NCBI RefSeq assembly: GCF_037042905.1
Contig: NC_087251.1
Location: 19,966,001 to 20,030,000, forward strand
Origin: Lytechinus pictus
Lineage: Eukaryota
DNA: 64,000 bases
Reading direction: 5' to 3'
In this document: piece after piece, positions 26,713 through 40,300 of the stretch
Layout: every line of letters starts with the position of its first letter
Position numbering within the stretch: the stretch's first letter is position 1
Notes under the pieces: model-generated
The model's input: only the letters and a program-made list of their open reading frames with translations
Told to the model about the DNA's origin: nothing
Databases searched by the model: none
Position numbers and translations under genes: made by a program

Positions 26713-26873
26713 GGGGGGGGGGCATTTCATGAAAGGACTTGTCGGACATTTTATCCAACAAGTCCCATATTTTATCCAAAATTTACGATAGGAACAGTAC
26801 CTCTCAAGCCAATCAAAAACGGGGAAAGATGTCAAATCTAACTTGTCGGATGAAAATGTTGATGAAACTCTCC
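26713..26873. mobile_element. Short Harbinger-like MITE (related copies near 34640-34790, 38185-38320, 45487-45643)
   Basis: GGGGCATTTCATGAAA...TTGATGAAACTCTCC with internal inverted ACTTGTCGGA motifs and a central AGCCAATC. Confidence 0.55.
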
Positions 26874-29126
26874 TGCTTCTCCTCATATAGGAAATTATTA
26901 TGTTTGCGTTAAATCAGGTTTCCATACATCCAATACACAGAAATTGCAATAACCCAAGACACTTTACACATACCTAATTATACAACCCCGACTCTCTCTC
27001 TACCCCCCCCCCCCCACTTCCACACAAATCACAACCACTCTCTACTCATATCTTAAGATGACATAAATAACTGTATACATCTATTCACAATTATTTATAT
27101 AATCTTCACACATCTTCCAAAATTTAATAAACAACAAAAATAAAAAATAAACCTGAAAAACTTTCTTCTATCTTTCATACTGATTTATTTCATTTCTTTC
27201 TTCAATGTTTATGTTTCTGTATGGGAAATAATGCATTTCACAATATAATCAATGATGCCATATCTACCTCATACCCCCCCCCAAAAAAAAAAAAATAATA
27301 ATAATTATAATATAATAATAAAATGAGAAAGAGAAAAGAATGATAATGAAATGGGGTGAAGGAGGATGAGAAAGAGGAACATTTTCATGTGAAAAGAAAA
27401 CAGAGGTTAAAGTATGTTGTTAGAGAAAAATAACTTGAACCTCACACCCATAGGCCTGTATTATGCCTTGAAACGCTCGATACAAACATCTGTGATGTCT
27501 GTTGGTTAAAACAATAACAAGACAGGCTTCATCACAAGACATGCATACAGTACAGTGTACATTTTTATATGGATAAGCACTTTGTCCGTCAACTTATACA
27601 CAATCCATCAGAAATTCTTAAGTACATATGTACATCTTAATGAACGTAATTTTAGACTACACATGTAATTCAAATTTAAACTAATCAACAAAAGCCTATC
27701 ATCTGGATTTATATGCACATGTATCACCTTACTCTGTCAACAAAATATGTGAATACGAAGGAAATAAATATAAAGAAATTTAAATTTCATACTCTATAAT
27801 GTGTGATATCTATATTCGTAATATATATTTCATTGTCAATCAAACCTTCTCCCCAAATCATTCTTCAATTAGCATTAAGTTTAAAGTTTAAGTTATCACA
27901 AATTCATGTGCCTGAACTTTAATGAAATTCCAAATCAAATTGAATGGAATCTAACGATCAAAGTACAGACAATACAACGAAATTGAGAAATCAAGTTGAA
28001 TTCTACATAAAAATATGAACCTCTGGAAAATTCTGTATTACTGTAGAGTCAAGACCATATACAGTTGGATAGTTCTATAGTGTGTTTAGACAACTTGGAC
28101 AGTTCCCTGCAGGAGAGATTGGTTAGGTAATACATGTACTTTACTTTACAAAAAGTTATGGTATTCGAAGAAGGGAGGAGTCAATTTTTGTTGTGTTTTC
28201 TAAAACTTTTGGCTACCACATCCATCTAAAGTTGATATAATTGGAAAGCAACGTCATGATTCATTCATTAATAACCAACCTGAAAGAGACCAAGTAAATT
28301 GTAATATAATCCATAATGCATATTTGTCATTGAATATAGGATATCATTCATTTATTTGTAGTTCATTGTGTGTTTTGATGGGAAGAAAGGATTTGGAACA
28401 TTACACTCTTAATTTGGCCTAACATATACAACACCATTTCATCAAGTGTTCTATCAATGATTTTCACTAACAATTATCAATTATGAAAAACAGCTTTCAG
28501 ATTTAAAGATGAACAGACATCCCTGAATACCAAAACAAAAGTTGAAATGTTAAACCTTAATAAGGAACATTTGGAGGGATTTATAAACTTCTCCAAATGC
28601 TTAACCAGTGGCTTTTTCTAAATTCATGTACCAATTCATGTACCAACATGTATGAATATCTAGATGTACCAGAACCACAACTCATGAACTAGACCATATA
28701 ATTTGCACTTTACAGAGAAAACAATTGCAGGTAGAGACCTACAAAAATCTGAATATTCAACAAAATACCCAAATTTGTCCCAAGCTTGATTGTACTACAT
28801 GTACAGCATCAACAAGAGGCGCTTGAAAAAATATGACTAAGAAAAAAAAAAAATGCTTACTGTATTTCCCTGCAAAAAATTGTTGACAAGCTAGAAAGGG
28901 GGGGTTATGTGCCCCCCCTTCCCCCCACCATGCCTGTTCATAATAATTCTGAGACAGGTTCAGCATGTAATGTACTTTTAGTAATTATTGGCAAAGGGTA
29001 CAAGCAAAATGTATTACAATAACTCTTTACACTAAAATTCATTACAATCAGCATTTATGTTTATTTTAAATTTGCTCAACTGCATGACCAACAAAAATGG
29101 TATAAAATGGCAATATTTCAGATAAA

Positions 29127-29722
29127 AGGGGTACTCTGGGCTGAAAATTATTATATCTTAATGAATAGAGTAAAACTCTCCAAGCAAAATGCTGAAGATT
29201 TCATTAAAAATGTACTAGCAAATATTTAGTGAAAACAATTAAATGCATGTCATGAATATTCATTAGGTGGGCTGATGTCACATTCCCACTTTCCTTTCTC
29301 TGATGTTATTACATGAAGTCATAATTATTTCATTTTTTCATACATGTGTGAGTGATATCACTCACACATGTATGAAAAATGATATATATCTCCCTTGTAA
29401 TGAAATAAGTTGCAGCAATGAATATCTGATGCATTACATCAATTGTCAATCATTTTTTGTGGTTCTTTTGGGAAAAAAACTAAATAAAGATAATTTCATG
29501 TAATACAATACAAAAGAAAAAAAAGGGTATATGACATCATCAGTTTGTTCATTGAATAATCATGAAGATATGCCAAGGTCGTTTTCACCAAAATAACGCA
29601 AATCTTTAAAATGCCATGATTTTATTATCCCTTTTCCAACTTTAATAAAAATGTCAATGTTTTGTTTATCTGATGTTTCTTTATCTGTTCAAATCATATT
29701 ATTGCAAGCCTGGAGTGCCCCT
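29127..29722. mobile_element. Kolobok/T2-type MITE (family A)
   Basis: AGGGGTACTCTGGGCTG...AGCCTGGAGTGCCCCT|TTAA; co-linear with 24012-24593. Confidence 0.82.
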
Positions 29723-30143
29723 TTAAGCCACAAAACATAAGTGGTGCATTTAGGGCATCTAATATACCACAATCAGTGTAGATGCAAGATTTTAAGATTT
29801 TACTTGCAAATAAAGTATAAAATGACCACGAAATAAAGGGCAGTTCAGAAAAGTTGAGATCATGTGTGCCCAGCAATATAGACATTTTCCCTCATTTGTA
29901 GTGTGCCTTTTCTTGTACTTCTTTAAGTTCTCTTCACTTTTTTTTATGTTTGCTCTAGTCTAAGCACCCTGAGCATTCAATCAAAATGGAAAAGCTGTAT
30001 AAATCCTATGTATTATTATCATTATAGTTGAGTGCCCCAACATCTGGCATATTAATGGAGTTTTTTTCATGAAATTCTGAAAAGGTTATCCTACAAGTTC
30101 AATGTCAATATTCACTTTCCACATAAACTTATATGAATTCAAT

Positions 30144-30568
30144 GGCCCAAATTCACAAAGGTGGTTTTGAAAACCCACGGTTGAGTCCATGGTTTATGAA
30201 GATTCCCTGTATAAATTATGCTTATTTTACCGCATATATTAAAAAAATGTCCAATGCTGATGCGCGCTTTTGTCAGAGTGCACCAAATTGACGCCTGTTG
30301 CCGTGGTTATCCACGCTATTTTATTCATGAGTCTACTGTTTTGAATAATGAGTCCACTCTTGAAACAGTGGACTCATGAATAAAATAGCGTATCTAACCA
30401 TGGTAACAGGTGTCAATTTGGCGCACTCTGACAAAAGCGCGCATCACCATTGGAATTTTTTATACAAGCGCCCAATACGCGGTAAAATAAGCGTAATTTA
30501 TACAGGAAATCTGCATATGCCATGGATTCACCCGTGGGTTTTCAAAACCACCTTTGTGAATTCGGGCC
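30144..30568. mobile_element. Near-fully palindromic PIF/Harbinger-like MITE
   Basis: GGCCCAAATTCACAAAGGTGGTTTTGAAAACCCACGG...CCGTGGGTTTTCAAAACCACCTTTGTGAATTCGGGCC; 3-bp duplication AAT on both sides. Confidence 0.88.
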
Positions 30569-31187
30569 AATAAGTTATTCCTATCGACTCCTTCTGGTTA
30601 GTTTTTTCTCTGTGAATAGACAAGTAAATCCTTGTAAAAATACAAATTACAACATATCTCAAGTTAAGCAGTGCAGGTAGCATCCCACTTACACAGGAAA
30701 TAAAGTGAACTGTATAATTGGCAGATATTTTCCTCTTTTCCCCAATTTTAACATCTTCCCAATACATAGGTCTCGACTTCTTTAAGTGATATCAGATATT
30801 ATCGCCACTTGCAATAGCTTGCAACAGACAATCAGTATCATGTCATTCAGACCCAACACCACTTGACAAATGTAGCATGTTATATGCTCCTTGGTAACGG
30901 AGCATTAAGATGTGTACAAGTTATCAAGACTGGTGATCGACAGCGCTATCAACAGCCAGAGGTGATGCCTGGTAGTTGGGACTTTTCCTACCCCTCCCCC
31001 AATCTGTCTGTGTCCATTTATCTCTTTATCTCTCTCTCACACTCATCTGTTTTCTCCTTCTATCTCTCTCTCCCTCTTTCTCCCACTCATTACCATCCCT
31101 CCTTACTCTTAATCCCATTCTACACCATCATGAATCCTTCAAGCAATCGAAGCTCTTTTGATGTATTGGAGTAGGACCGTGCTAATA

Positions 31188-31312
31188 CTAATACCTATAC
31201 TGAGCAGGCGGTGACCGGGATCTAGACCTGGATCCGGAACTGGATCTAGATCTAGAACTGGATCTGCTCCTCGAGTCTCGATACTTGGACCTGGGAGGGG
31301 AATGATGGTAAC
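31188..31312 (-). CDS. CLASRP: CLASRP terminal coding exon
   Basis: [41 protein letters not shown]; ttctag| acceptor. Confidence 0.85.
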
Positions 31313-34300
31313 CTAGAAAGACAATGGAAGAAAGATTTGTAGAAAAAAAAAGTTTAGAATAAGGCTCTTGCGAAGTTTTGTAGAATGAACATACTGATAC
31401 AAAAGAAAAACATCTGTACCTTGAGAGAAAATTGGCAATTGTTTTCCTTATTTGATTTGAAAATGAAGAGCGAGTGACGTTGAGGCTCCAGAAGACAATT
31501 GAAGAATTACAGTATGTTTACAGTACATGTACATAATACATTAGACATCTGTTTTTGAAAGGTTTATACTACCAAACACATACCCCTAAATCCTTGCATG
31601 TACAAAAACATAGAGCAGCAATAAAACTTTTTTTCTCTCTCTTTGACTTGATTTCACTTTACATAGATTTTGAAATGTCAAAAATTGTGTATTTTTCATG
31701 AAAGCAGTTATGTTAAAATGTAGCCAACCCAAACATTTACACTGGTGTAAGAATCAAACAACCTAGTGCCAAAAGACAGGTTAATGCAACATCTGATTGT
31801 GAATTAACCAGTTTATGTGTGTCTCTGTCCATATGCTGTTACAAATCCCTTACTGTGAACCCCGTACCACCTTCCCCCTCTCCCCCCTCCCCCAAAAAAT
31901 ACATCTCGAAATTTTTGAAGGGCACTACAGACATCAAGATATCTTGTATGCCTTTGCCAATTCCTGGAAAATACCTATAAGTACCGTTTCCAATGTTCCA
32001 CTTTTCTTTATTTATTGTTTGTACTTTCCAAAGTACTTACAGATCTATTACAATTACAGTACTCTGTCACTGGAAATATCACTTAGCCTATTTAAATCAC
32101 TTATTTTTCTTCTATTTCCCTCTTTCTTCCTAAAGAACAAACAACACTGTCTACTCTCAAATGTTTCTTTCCAAAGAGACCCATGTCCTGATGTCCAACT
32201 TTGAACAGAAAAAAGAAACAAGACAAATGGCCCTACTGCGTCTTGGTGGTGGGGAAAAGGAACGGCTCCTTGATCGTGAACGAGATCTAGAGCGCCTCCA
32301 ACCAAACTCCTGTCGTTCCTTCTCTTTCTTCTCTTGTTCCCTCATCCTCATCTTCCTAGCCTGCTCTCTGAGTACGTTGTCTCGATCCTACAAATCAAAC
32401 AGAGCAACGACTTATGACAAGGGTACGTTAGGCATATGGGCAATTCCATAAAATCATCAAACATCACTTCATGAAATGTTCAAGCCATGAATATGAACAT
32501 GAATCATTTCGGGAAGATCATGCATATAGGTGGTCTGATGCACATAATTAATGGAAGTACCCATATGCATCGTCACAGAAAAGGAAAGATCTAAGGCCAG
32601 CAATGTATGAGATTTCAGACAAGAAACAACTTCACCATGCTTTGTGTATTATGTTATTATTAGGTAGCTTTCTATCGCCAGACCGAACGTCAAGCTACTA
32701 CGAGTGACGTCATATTTTGCCACTGCGCATGCCCGAAAGCTTACTCTCACGCTGTCCCCCGATTCTGACAACGGGAGTTGGGGGAAATTTCCCTGATTCC
32801 ACGTTGCGGTGAAAACGACAACGTGAGTGCAATTTCTTTGATCTTTACTTGTCCAAACAATCGGATTAGGATGGTTTATTTTGTTTTTTTCTACTTCTTG
32901 CATCATAAAATATTTTGTTGGGAGGGCACTAGATATGAATCAATCACCATGCGATCATATTTTTCATGAAATTGTTTCTTAGATCATGTAAATTGGAGTG
33001 AAAGTTTTCATTTCCATGATAGCGTAAGTCATGTTTCCCAGCGGAAATCGACGAGGCTGGCCGCCGTGGCTGCCGGGCAGCCTGTCGGCTGAGTAGCCTA
33101 TAGCCAATATACTTTTAGCTATCGGTGCAACTCAGGTATTTCGTTTATGAACATTGTTAGGATTGAATTTTGTGTTTATGGGTATTTTAAAGAAAATACT
33201 TGGCACTGTAGGCTTAGTATTTTCTCAGCCTGCAGCAATTATATCCCGATTGAGGAGTTTGCCTTGCCTGCAGTAACAGGAAGAAGAAGAACTACTTGAA
33301 CTTACTTAGGCCTAACAAAAGTTAGTATTTTTAAGAAATATTTCTAGCTCTGTGTAAGTTCAGCCTGCGCCGGCGCTTGATATTCGCCATTTCGGATGGA
33401 TTCAGCATATACGATGTAAATTTGGTCACCTGATCTGAACACTTAGTCACGTGATATCGCCGAGGGCCCCGTAGTGAAAATCGAAAGCGCTTCTGCGAGA
33501 GAACGAACGAGGTCTGCACAACCTCGATACGCACCAGTTAACTCGTAGTAGCTAACGTTCGGTGTGCGGGTAGAAAGCTCCGTACTATCTGATACACTGT
33601 GGAGGAGTCATGGGAATAGATTTTAGGGAGCAAGAGCCACTTGATGCATGAAGCTCAGGCTAAATGCATGTGACTTTGCATGTCTGTCATTCATATTTCA
33701 GTATATTACCAAAATTGAAATCTTAACAACCCTTTTGTGAGTTTTGTCCAATGCTTATTCTTCATAGGTGTGTCCTGTGATATCATGCTGTGTATAATGG
33801 AAAGGTGTGGATCGATCTTGCAAAAGCCTTTCTTATGTTACAGAAGGTCCATGAAGGAGTCTTGAAAGGTCTTCAGTCATGCCCCTTTCAACTACCATAC
33901 CTTATAATCTAAAGAATAAAGATAGTTTACCTCTTGTTCTAACATCTTTGTATTTTTCTTCTTGTACTCTTTGATCTTATCTGCTTTATCTGTAAGTATG
34001 GAAATCAAGAACTCAAATTATTAAGAAGATATGACTTGGACATAAAATACAAAAAAAAAAAAAACGCAAAAACAATAGGATAAAGGTATTTCAAAATATC
34101 CACAAGACTGAAATGTTTCAAATCTTATCAAGCAAGCTGAAAACTTCTTTGTTTGACAAGGGACAAATGATTCAATTACTTACAATACTGAAAATGATAT
34201 AGACCAGCCCTTTAAAGAAAAATAAAATTATTTTTAGAGAAATGCTTAAAATTCATGATTGTTACCATGCCATTAAGTAGACACAGATCTAGTAGGTTCT

Positions 34301-37300
34301 AACAATTAAATAAAAACTTATGAAACAATGAAATTTCAAACTGAAAACAAGAGGACATTGAAAATCACAATCACAGATTAGCACACATGGGCATATGTAT
34401 CATACATGTAATTCCGGGGGGGGGGGGGGGGAAGAACCTATCATCCTAAAATGATTGTCTTGATTATTTTGCTTGTTGTTCAGCAATTACTCACTTACTT
34501 CCAGAATCATTGAGCACATATTTTTCATTCATGCATAGAAACACATGGGCAGTCATTTTCTTCTGTTCAAATTCATTTCAGGATCATTACCAAAACTGAC
34601 ATTCATGTTTCATTCCAATGTAAGCAAATTGCTAGGCAATCAGGGCACCATTTCATGTCAGTTGAAGTTGATATTTTCTGACAGTTACCATAGTAATAGA
34701 GATTAGTGCTTCTCAGCCAATCAAAAGCAAGGTTTTTCACTGATATTTTCAGAGCTAAGAATTTACTCGTTGCTAACAATTTTCTTGAAACAGTACATTA
34801 TTATCACAAATATATGGGATCATGCATTAAATAATTTTCCTGAATGCCTGCTAAAGTCCAAGCAAGAAAAATGGAGGGGAAAGGGTAAAACGTTAAATTT
34901 TATGAAAATTTATTACTCCATACTTTCAGCATACAATTCCACTGGGGGAAAGGGAGACTCGCATTGCACTACATACTACATTTACACAAAATATTTCACT
35001 TTGAGAGAAATGTGGCAGAAGTTTGTCCACATAAACTATTCATACAATCTCAGACTAAAGCAAGCTTACAAGACAAGCTATGGACTACATAGCAAATAAC
35101 TTTTCTAATGGTATTTTCTACACTGAAAAAATACTTGTTTTCTTTTGCAGAACATGCTAGAATTTTTAATCAAATGAAATGAGCATAAGATATAGGATCA
35201 TACTATTGAAGATCATCAAACCATGCGAATTCATATCATTACAGGCTCTGACTACAGAAATCTTCCAATAACAAGCATTAAAAAAATGTTGTTAGCTGAT
35301 AATTTTACTCTATTGTTCAATATCCAATCAATGTATATGATACACGTATGCATTAAAAAACCATGTGACCATATCCAATCCAAATATAAATGATTTCTTG
35401 AATAAAAGGTGAATGAGGTGGAATTTTCCCTTTTTCACAAAACCATAACAAAACAAAACACTTCCATACTAGTATTTTATTTGGTGAGACTGTAAGACAT
35501 TCTTAGTATGTTAACATATGTGCACTCTAATAAATATCTTGCCAAGTTTTTTTAGGATGACTTTAATATTTTATAAAATATATAATTATAATGCAGTATA
35601 TATTCTGTAAAACCCAAAAGGGTCTAGAAAGGAGCTTGATTTTGATAACTAACGTAAAAGATACAACGAAGGTGCAAAAGTTAGTGCAGATACCAGGAAA
35701 AATGACACAATAAAATGTACTGAATAAACATATCAGCAGAAAGAAGAAAATGTGAAAGATAAGAGGCCTGTTACAGAAAGAATTGTGTTAAACACAACTA
35801 AAATATAAAAAATTATATAGCTCCTCCCAAATACATCACTCTGATTGGTTGAAAAAGGGTGCATTGGCTTTTTGAGTTGTGTTTGATTGCAGTTCTCTGT
35901 TACGGGCCCAATGTGAGAGACAGAAGGAAATGTGAAAGGACAGACAGAAAAGGATATTAAAGAAAATAAATTTTGAAAGATAGAGAGAGAGATGGACATG
36001 GATACTGATACCAAATACGATTAAAGAGACAGAGATCGCGATAGACAGATGTAGACAGAAAGAATACAAGAATTCAAATATATGAACCACACCATCATCC
36101 AATACCCACAAGAGATTAATCTTACAAAAATGAAGCAGCCATGCTTTTAAGATGGTTGGACCCATTCCTGCATTCATACAAACCAGTATGCAGCTTGTTT
36201 CTGTGTATACAGGTAGATCTGGTGGAGATTGGCTAAACTAAAAACATTCTAATTACTTACGTTGTTTGTTCAAGGCCTTCTGCATTTTCAGTTTCAGTTT
36301 CTCACGTTGAGTCAGTTTGGGCTGTGGAATGCACCAATATTGGTTAATACAACATACTCTATTTGAAAACTTAACTACCCCCCCTCCCTCAAATATCATA
36401 TTTCATATTCCAGGTAGCATATAACATGAATCCTAAAGCTCTATCTTTTAATGTCATTATTCTTTCTTTCTTTTGTATTATACTGTTTGAATGAACATTC
36501 CTTTCTTTAAATTATACAAAGATAATGTGAAAAACCCAAAACATGATTGGAAGCAATACAGTAATAACATCGGTTGAACTGTCAATTATAACATAAAATC
36601 AATACCAGCTATATGGGGTTCTATGACATATGCTCCGATGGAATATCTGCACATTAAGCCAAACAGAAAATCTAACCTCCAAAACTAAATAAACCCTATT
36701 CCTTATCTTTACATTATTCTGAACCAAAAACTCTATTACAATCCTAACTCTAACCCTATGCCCTATGAGATATTAAGACCAGAGCAATTGTAGCAGGAGC
36801 GTATGTCATGTTCTCGCTATATGGATGCAACAATTTTCTGCTATTTTCAATGGTTAATACCAAACTATTTAATGCTTACCTTTGAAATTATTAATACACC
36901 CTGTCACTGATATTAATGTTAATTTTCTATAAAAAAAAAAACCTAATAAGAGAAGAAAAACAGTACCACCAATTCAGCCTTCAGCTATGTTTGTAATAAA
37001 GTGAAATGGAATCAGATTTTTATCCGATGCAAATACATCATTTCAAGCAGAATCTTGTACATCGTTAGAACACAAACATGGCTGAAGCAGGATTTGAACC
37101 TGCGACCTTCAGGGATGACTGCCCCAAATGCTCTACCAACTGAGCTATTCAAGCCCTATGATTCAATCAAGATTATCAAAAACATTTTTTTTCATCAAGG
37201 ATGCAAACAACGTATGTAGTGATTTTGTGAAAGAATGAAATATGAAAGTTTTGACCCATGAATATTTCCAAAAAGGATATAAATAATCAATTTATATTAA

Positions 37301-40300
37301 TAAATGATGCCTGGAATTATAATACAGCTTGTAATAGTGATAGTTTAAATTCTTCCTCTTCATAATGCATTGAATAAAATGAAGTAACTGTCTTATTGTG
37401 ATATGTATTATTTGTAGATAATCCTTGAGGTGAACCCTAGTTGAATCCGGCCACTCCCATAAACCCGATTCAAACCCTGGATGACTGACTGACTTGATTG
37501 ATTTAATGACTTAGTATTTCTTTTCTGACTCTGATATATATATTTTATAAATAACATGAAGGCAGAAGTCCTTTTGGAGTGAGAATAAATCTTGATTTCA
37601 TTGTTGTAACTCTTCTATAAAATATACCAGCATGACTGGATTACAAAATGCTAATTCAAAATTCATCCTGTTCCTCTACAGAGGATGGTAAAAATGATGG
37701 GAAATAAATCTGGAATATGAATATCCCGTATTTCATAGGTCTTTTCATCTCAGTAATGTGTGAGTGTAAGTCTTATGAGTACATATGGAGGCTATTTGTA
37801 AATTAATACTGACTTTGTTGGGGGTAGCAGCAGGTTTAGCAATACTTTTCTCTTCTGTTTCTTTCCTGCAATAGAAAATTTTAAAAAGTAAAAGAGAGAA
37901 TAATGATAAATGGTTTTACAAAAATGATAAACATGACCTTGGGTATTCTTATTGGAACATAATTTGATTTTTTTTAAGTTGAACAAGGGACAATTACACA
38001 TTCTAATTCAGAATAATGCTGTATTTCTGTATTTGTCAGGAATACAGGTAATCACCTGATGTCAAATCTTTTGGGACCATAGAAATCAGTTTGACTTTGA
38101 AGATATGTATCACAGATGTTTTCCATAAAGTGGTCATAAAACAACTGCTTCAACTTGGACAAATATATGACTTTGTTGGACAAAGGGGGAATGTCTCATA
38201 AAGTGATGTTTCAGTGACTTTCACTGAATAATGTGCTCTCTGCCATCACATGCAAGGATTTCAGTAATCTCTAAAAATTGTCAGGGAAAATCACTGACAA
38301 ATTGCTTCATGCAAAGCTTCTCTGAAATAACTATTTTCCTGTGCTCTATCAGTTCTTCATATTCACACAACTCGTTTACAACACAGTGAATGGTGATCTG
38401 TAATATGACCAATCCTATATCAAAGAAAACAGTCAACCTCATGATTAGCTTCAACGTTGACCTGTCATCCCAGCATAGCTTCCTGTGTGAGCGGCCAATG
38501 GGATAACCTCATCAAGTATTAAGAACTCTATCTCACCTTAAAGTGTTCAGAGTAGACATCATACCATATCGTTTCGGTGGGGATTTGCTTCTTGACTTTG
38601 ATCTTGACCTTGACCTGCGGCGGTAAATGTGTTGGTGACTGCGTGAAGGTGACCTTGAGCGCGAGTGTCGCTGATAACTGTAAGAGCGCCTCCTGTCCCT
38701 AGAACTGGACCGTGACCTGCGATACCGGTCCCGTGACCTTGAACGTGATCTGGAGTAGCTACTGGAGCGTGACCGTCGCCTGTACCTGGAGGAGACTTGC
38801 GAATCGGAAGGTGATCTGCCTCTGTATCGTTGATCATCACGTCTGTAGGAAGAACCTCCTCTGTCTCTTGATTGAGACCGTGATCGTGATCTTGTGGAAG
38901 ACCTTCTAGAATCCCTCTTGTGCCTGAAACAATGCATGAGGACATTAAAAGGTTTAAGTTTCGGACAGATGGAAGTGATGTCAACAGAAGTTGATATCCC
39001 TTCGGTACCAACTTCAGTCGTACTGGTAACATGTATAAATCCACTAACTTTGGAATGAAAATGCTCAACAATATTAAAGAAGAAAAAAAAGCTTCATGTT
39101 GGTCTTACCATTAGCATCTACTGAGATATTTATGTGGTTTCCCATCATCTGTCTCAATCGGCATTAAATTTAGATATAAAATAGATTTTAAAATGCCAAA
39201 ATGTAGAGTATGCAATACTCCTTGGCACCACTTACCTTCTCTCACTCGATATCAACACAATTTTAATATAATCAAACATGTTCCAAAGGAATAATACATT
39301 ATTTGACTTGCATTAATATGCAAAACAAAAATTCAAATGTGAGCATGCTGAATTACCTTGTACAAAGATATGAATAAAGACAATTGCTCATTTTGCACAA
39401 ACATTCCTTTTTTTAATCATTCTTCAAGAACGAAATCAATTAATGAATATCAGAAGTTAATTTGGGATGAGAAACTTCTTTTCCTCGTTTCTCTCTGTTT
39501 CAACATATTTTTATTAAGGAAGCAAGTAGCACTACTGATGTAATCTGCTGTTGCTTTTGTTCATATGACTCTGCATTTTTTTTCTCAAGTATCTCTTATT
39601 CTCTTAATAGGAGAGTAGTTCAAATGCAATGACACCGACCATGATTTGGAGTGAGAATCAGAGCTACGATTGAGAGATGATGAGGATCCTAGACGTTTAT
39701 TGGAAGAGGAGGACGGACCAGATGAGGACCTTTTGCTAGAGTTCTCGTCTTTGTTTGCTTTGCTACTGTCGTTGTCCTCTTCGTCATCGCCTCCGAAGCT
39801 GGTGATGAAGGTGACCTTGCCTGCTTGCTCTGGGGAGTTGTCACGGCTACTAGAGGATGACCTTGATGACCTTCGACCTGGATATGGGTCATATGTTGGA
39901 CTACCACGTGCAGCATAGCTGATAAGAGAATTACAAAGAAACATTAGGGTCGTTTGATAACATTATCTACATGTACATATGGTAATTTGAAGAGGCACAA
40001 TCTAATTATTAATCCTAAAAAGACTGGGGGGGGGGCTGATTCAGCCCCCCCCCCTCGACATTTTTCGTGATAAATCCTCAGCGCGAAATTTTTTTACCAC
40101 GTCGCTCACAAGTCTTGCGCAACTTTTTAGACCAAAATTGCGACCCAATTGCAGACCCAAAATTGCTCAAAAACATGAATTTGTGTACAAATCAAATGCA
40201 AATACAGTAGTATTTTTAACCAAAATTCATAAATGTATCATTATTTTTCCTTTTCTGATTAAAATCAATTAATTCCATCTTATATATGGTCAAAATAATG

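Noticed and set aside
26914..26922. Perfect MEF3/SIX site TCAGGTTTC
   Set aside because: One 9-mer in 64 kb is compatible with chance and has no supporting context.
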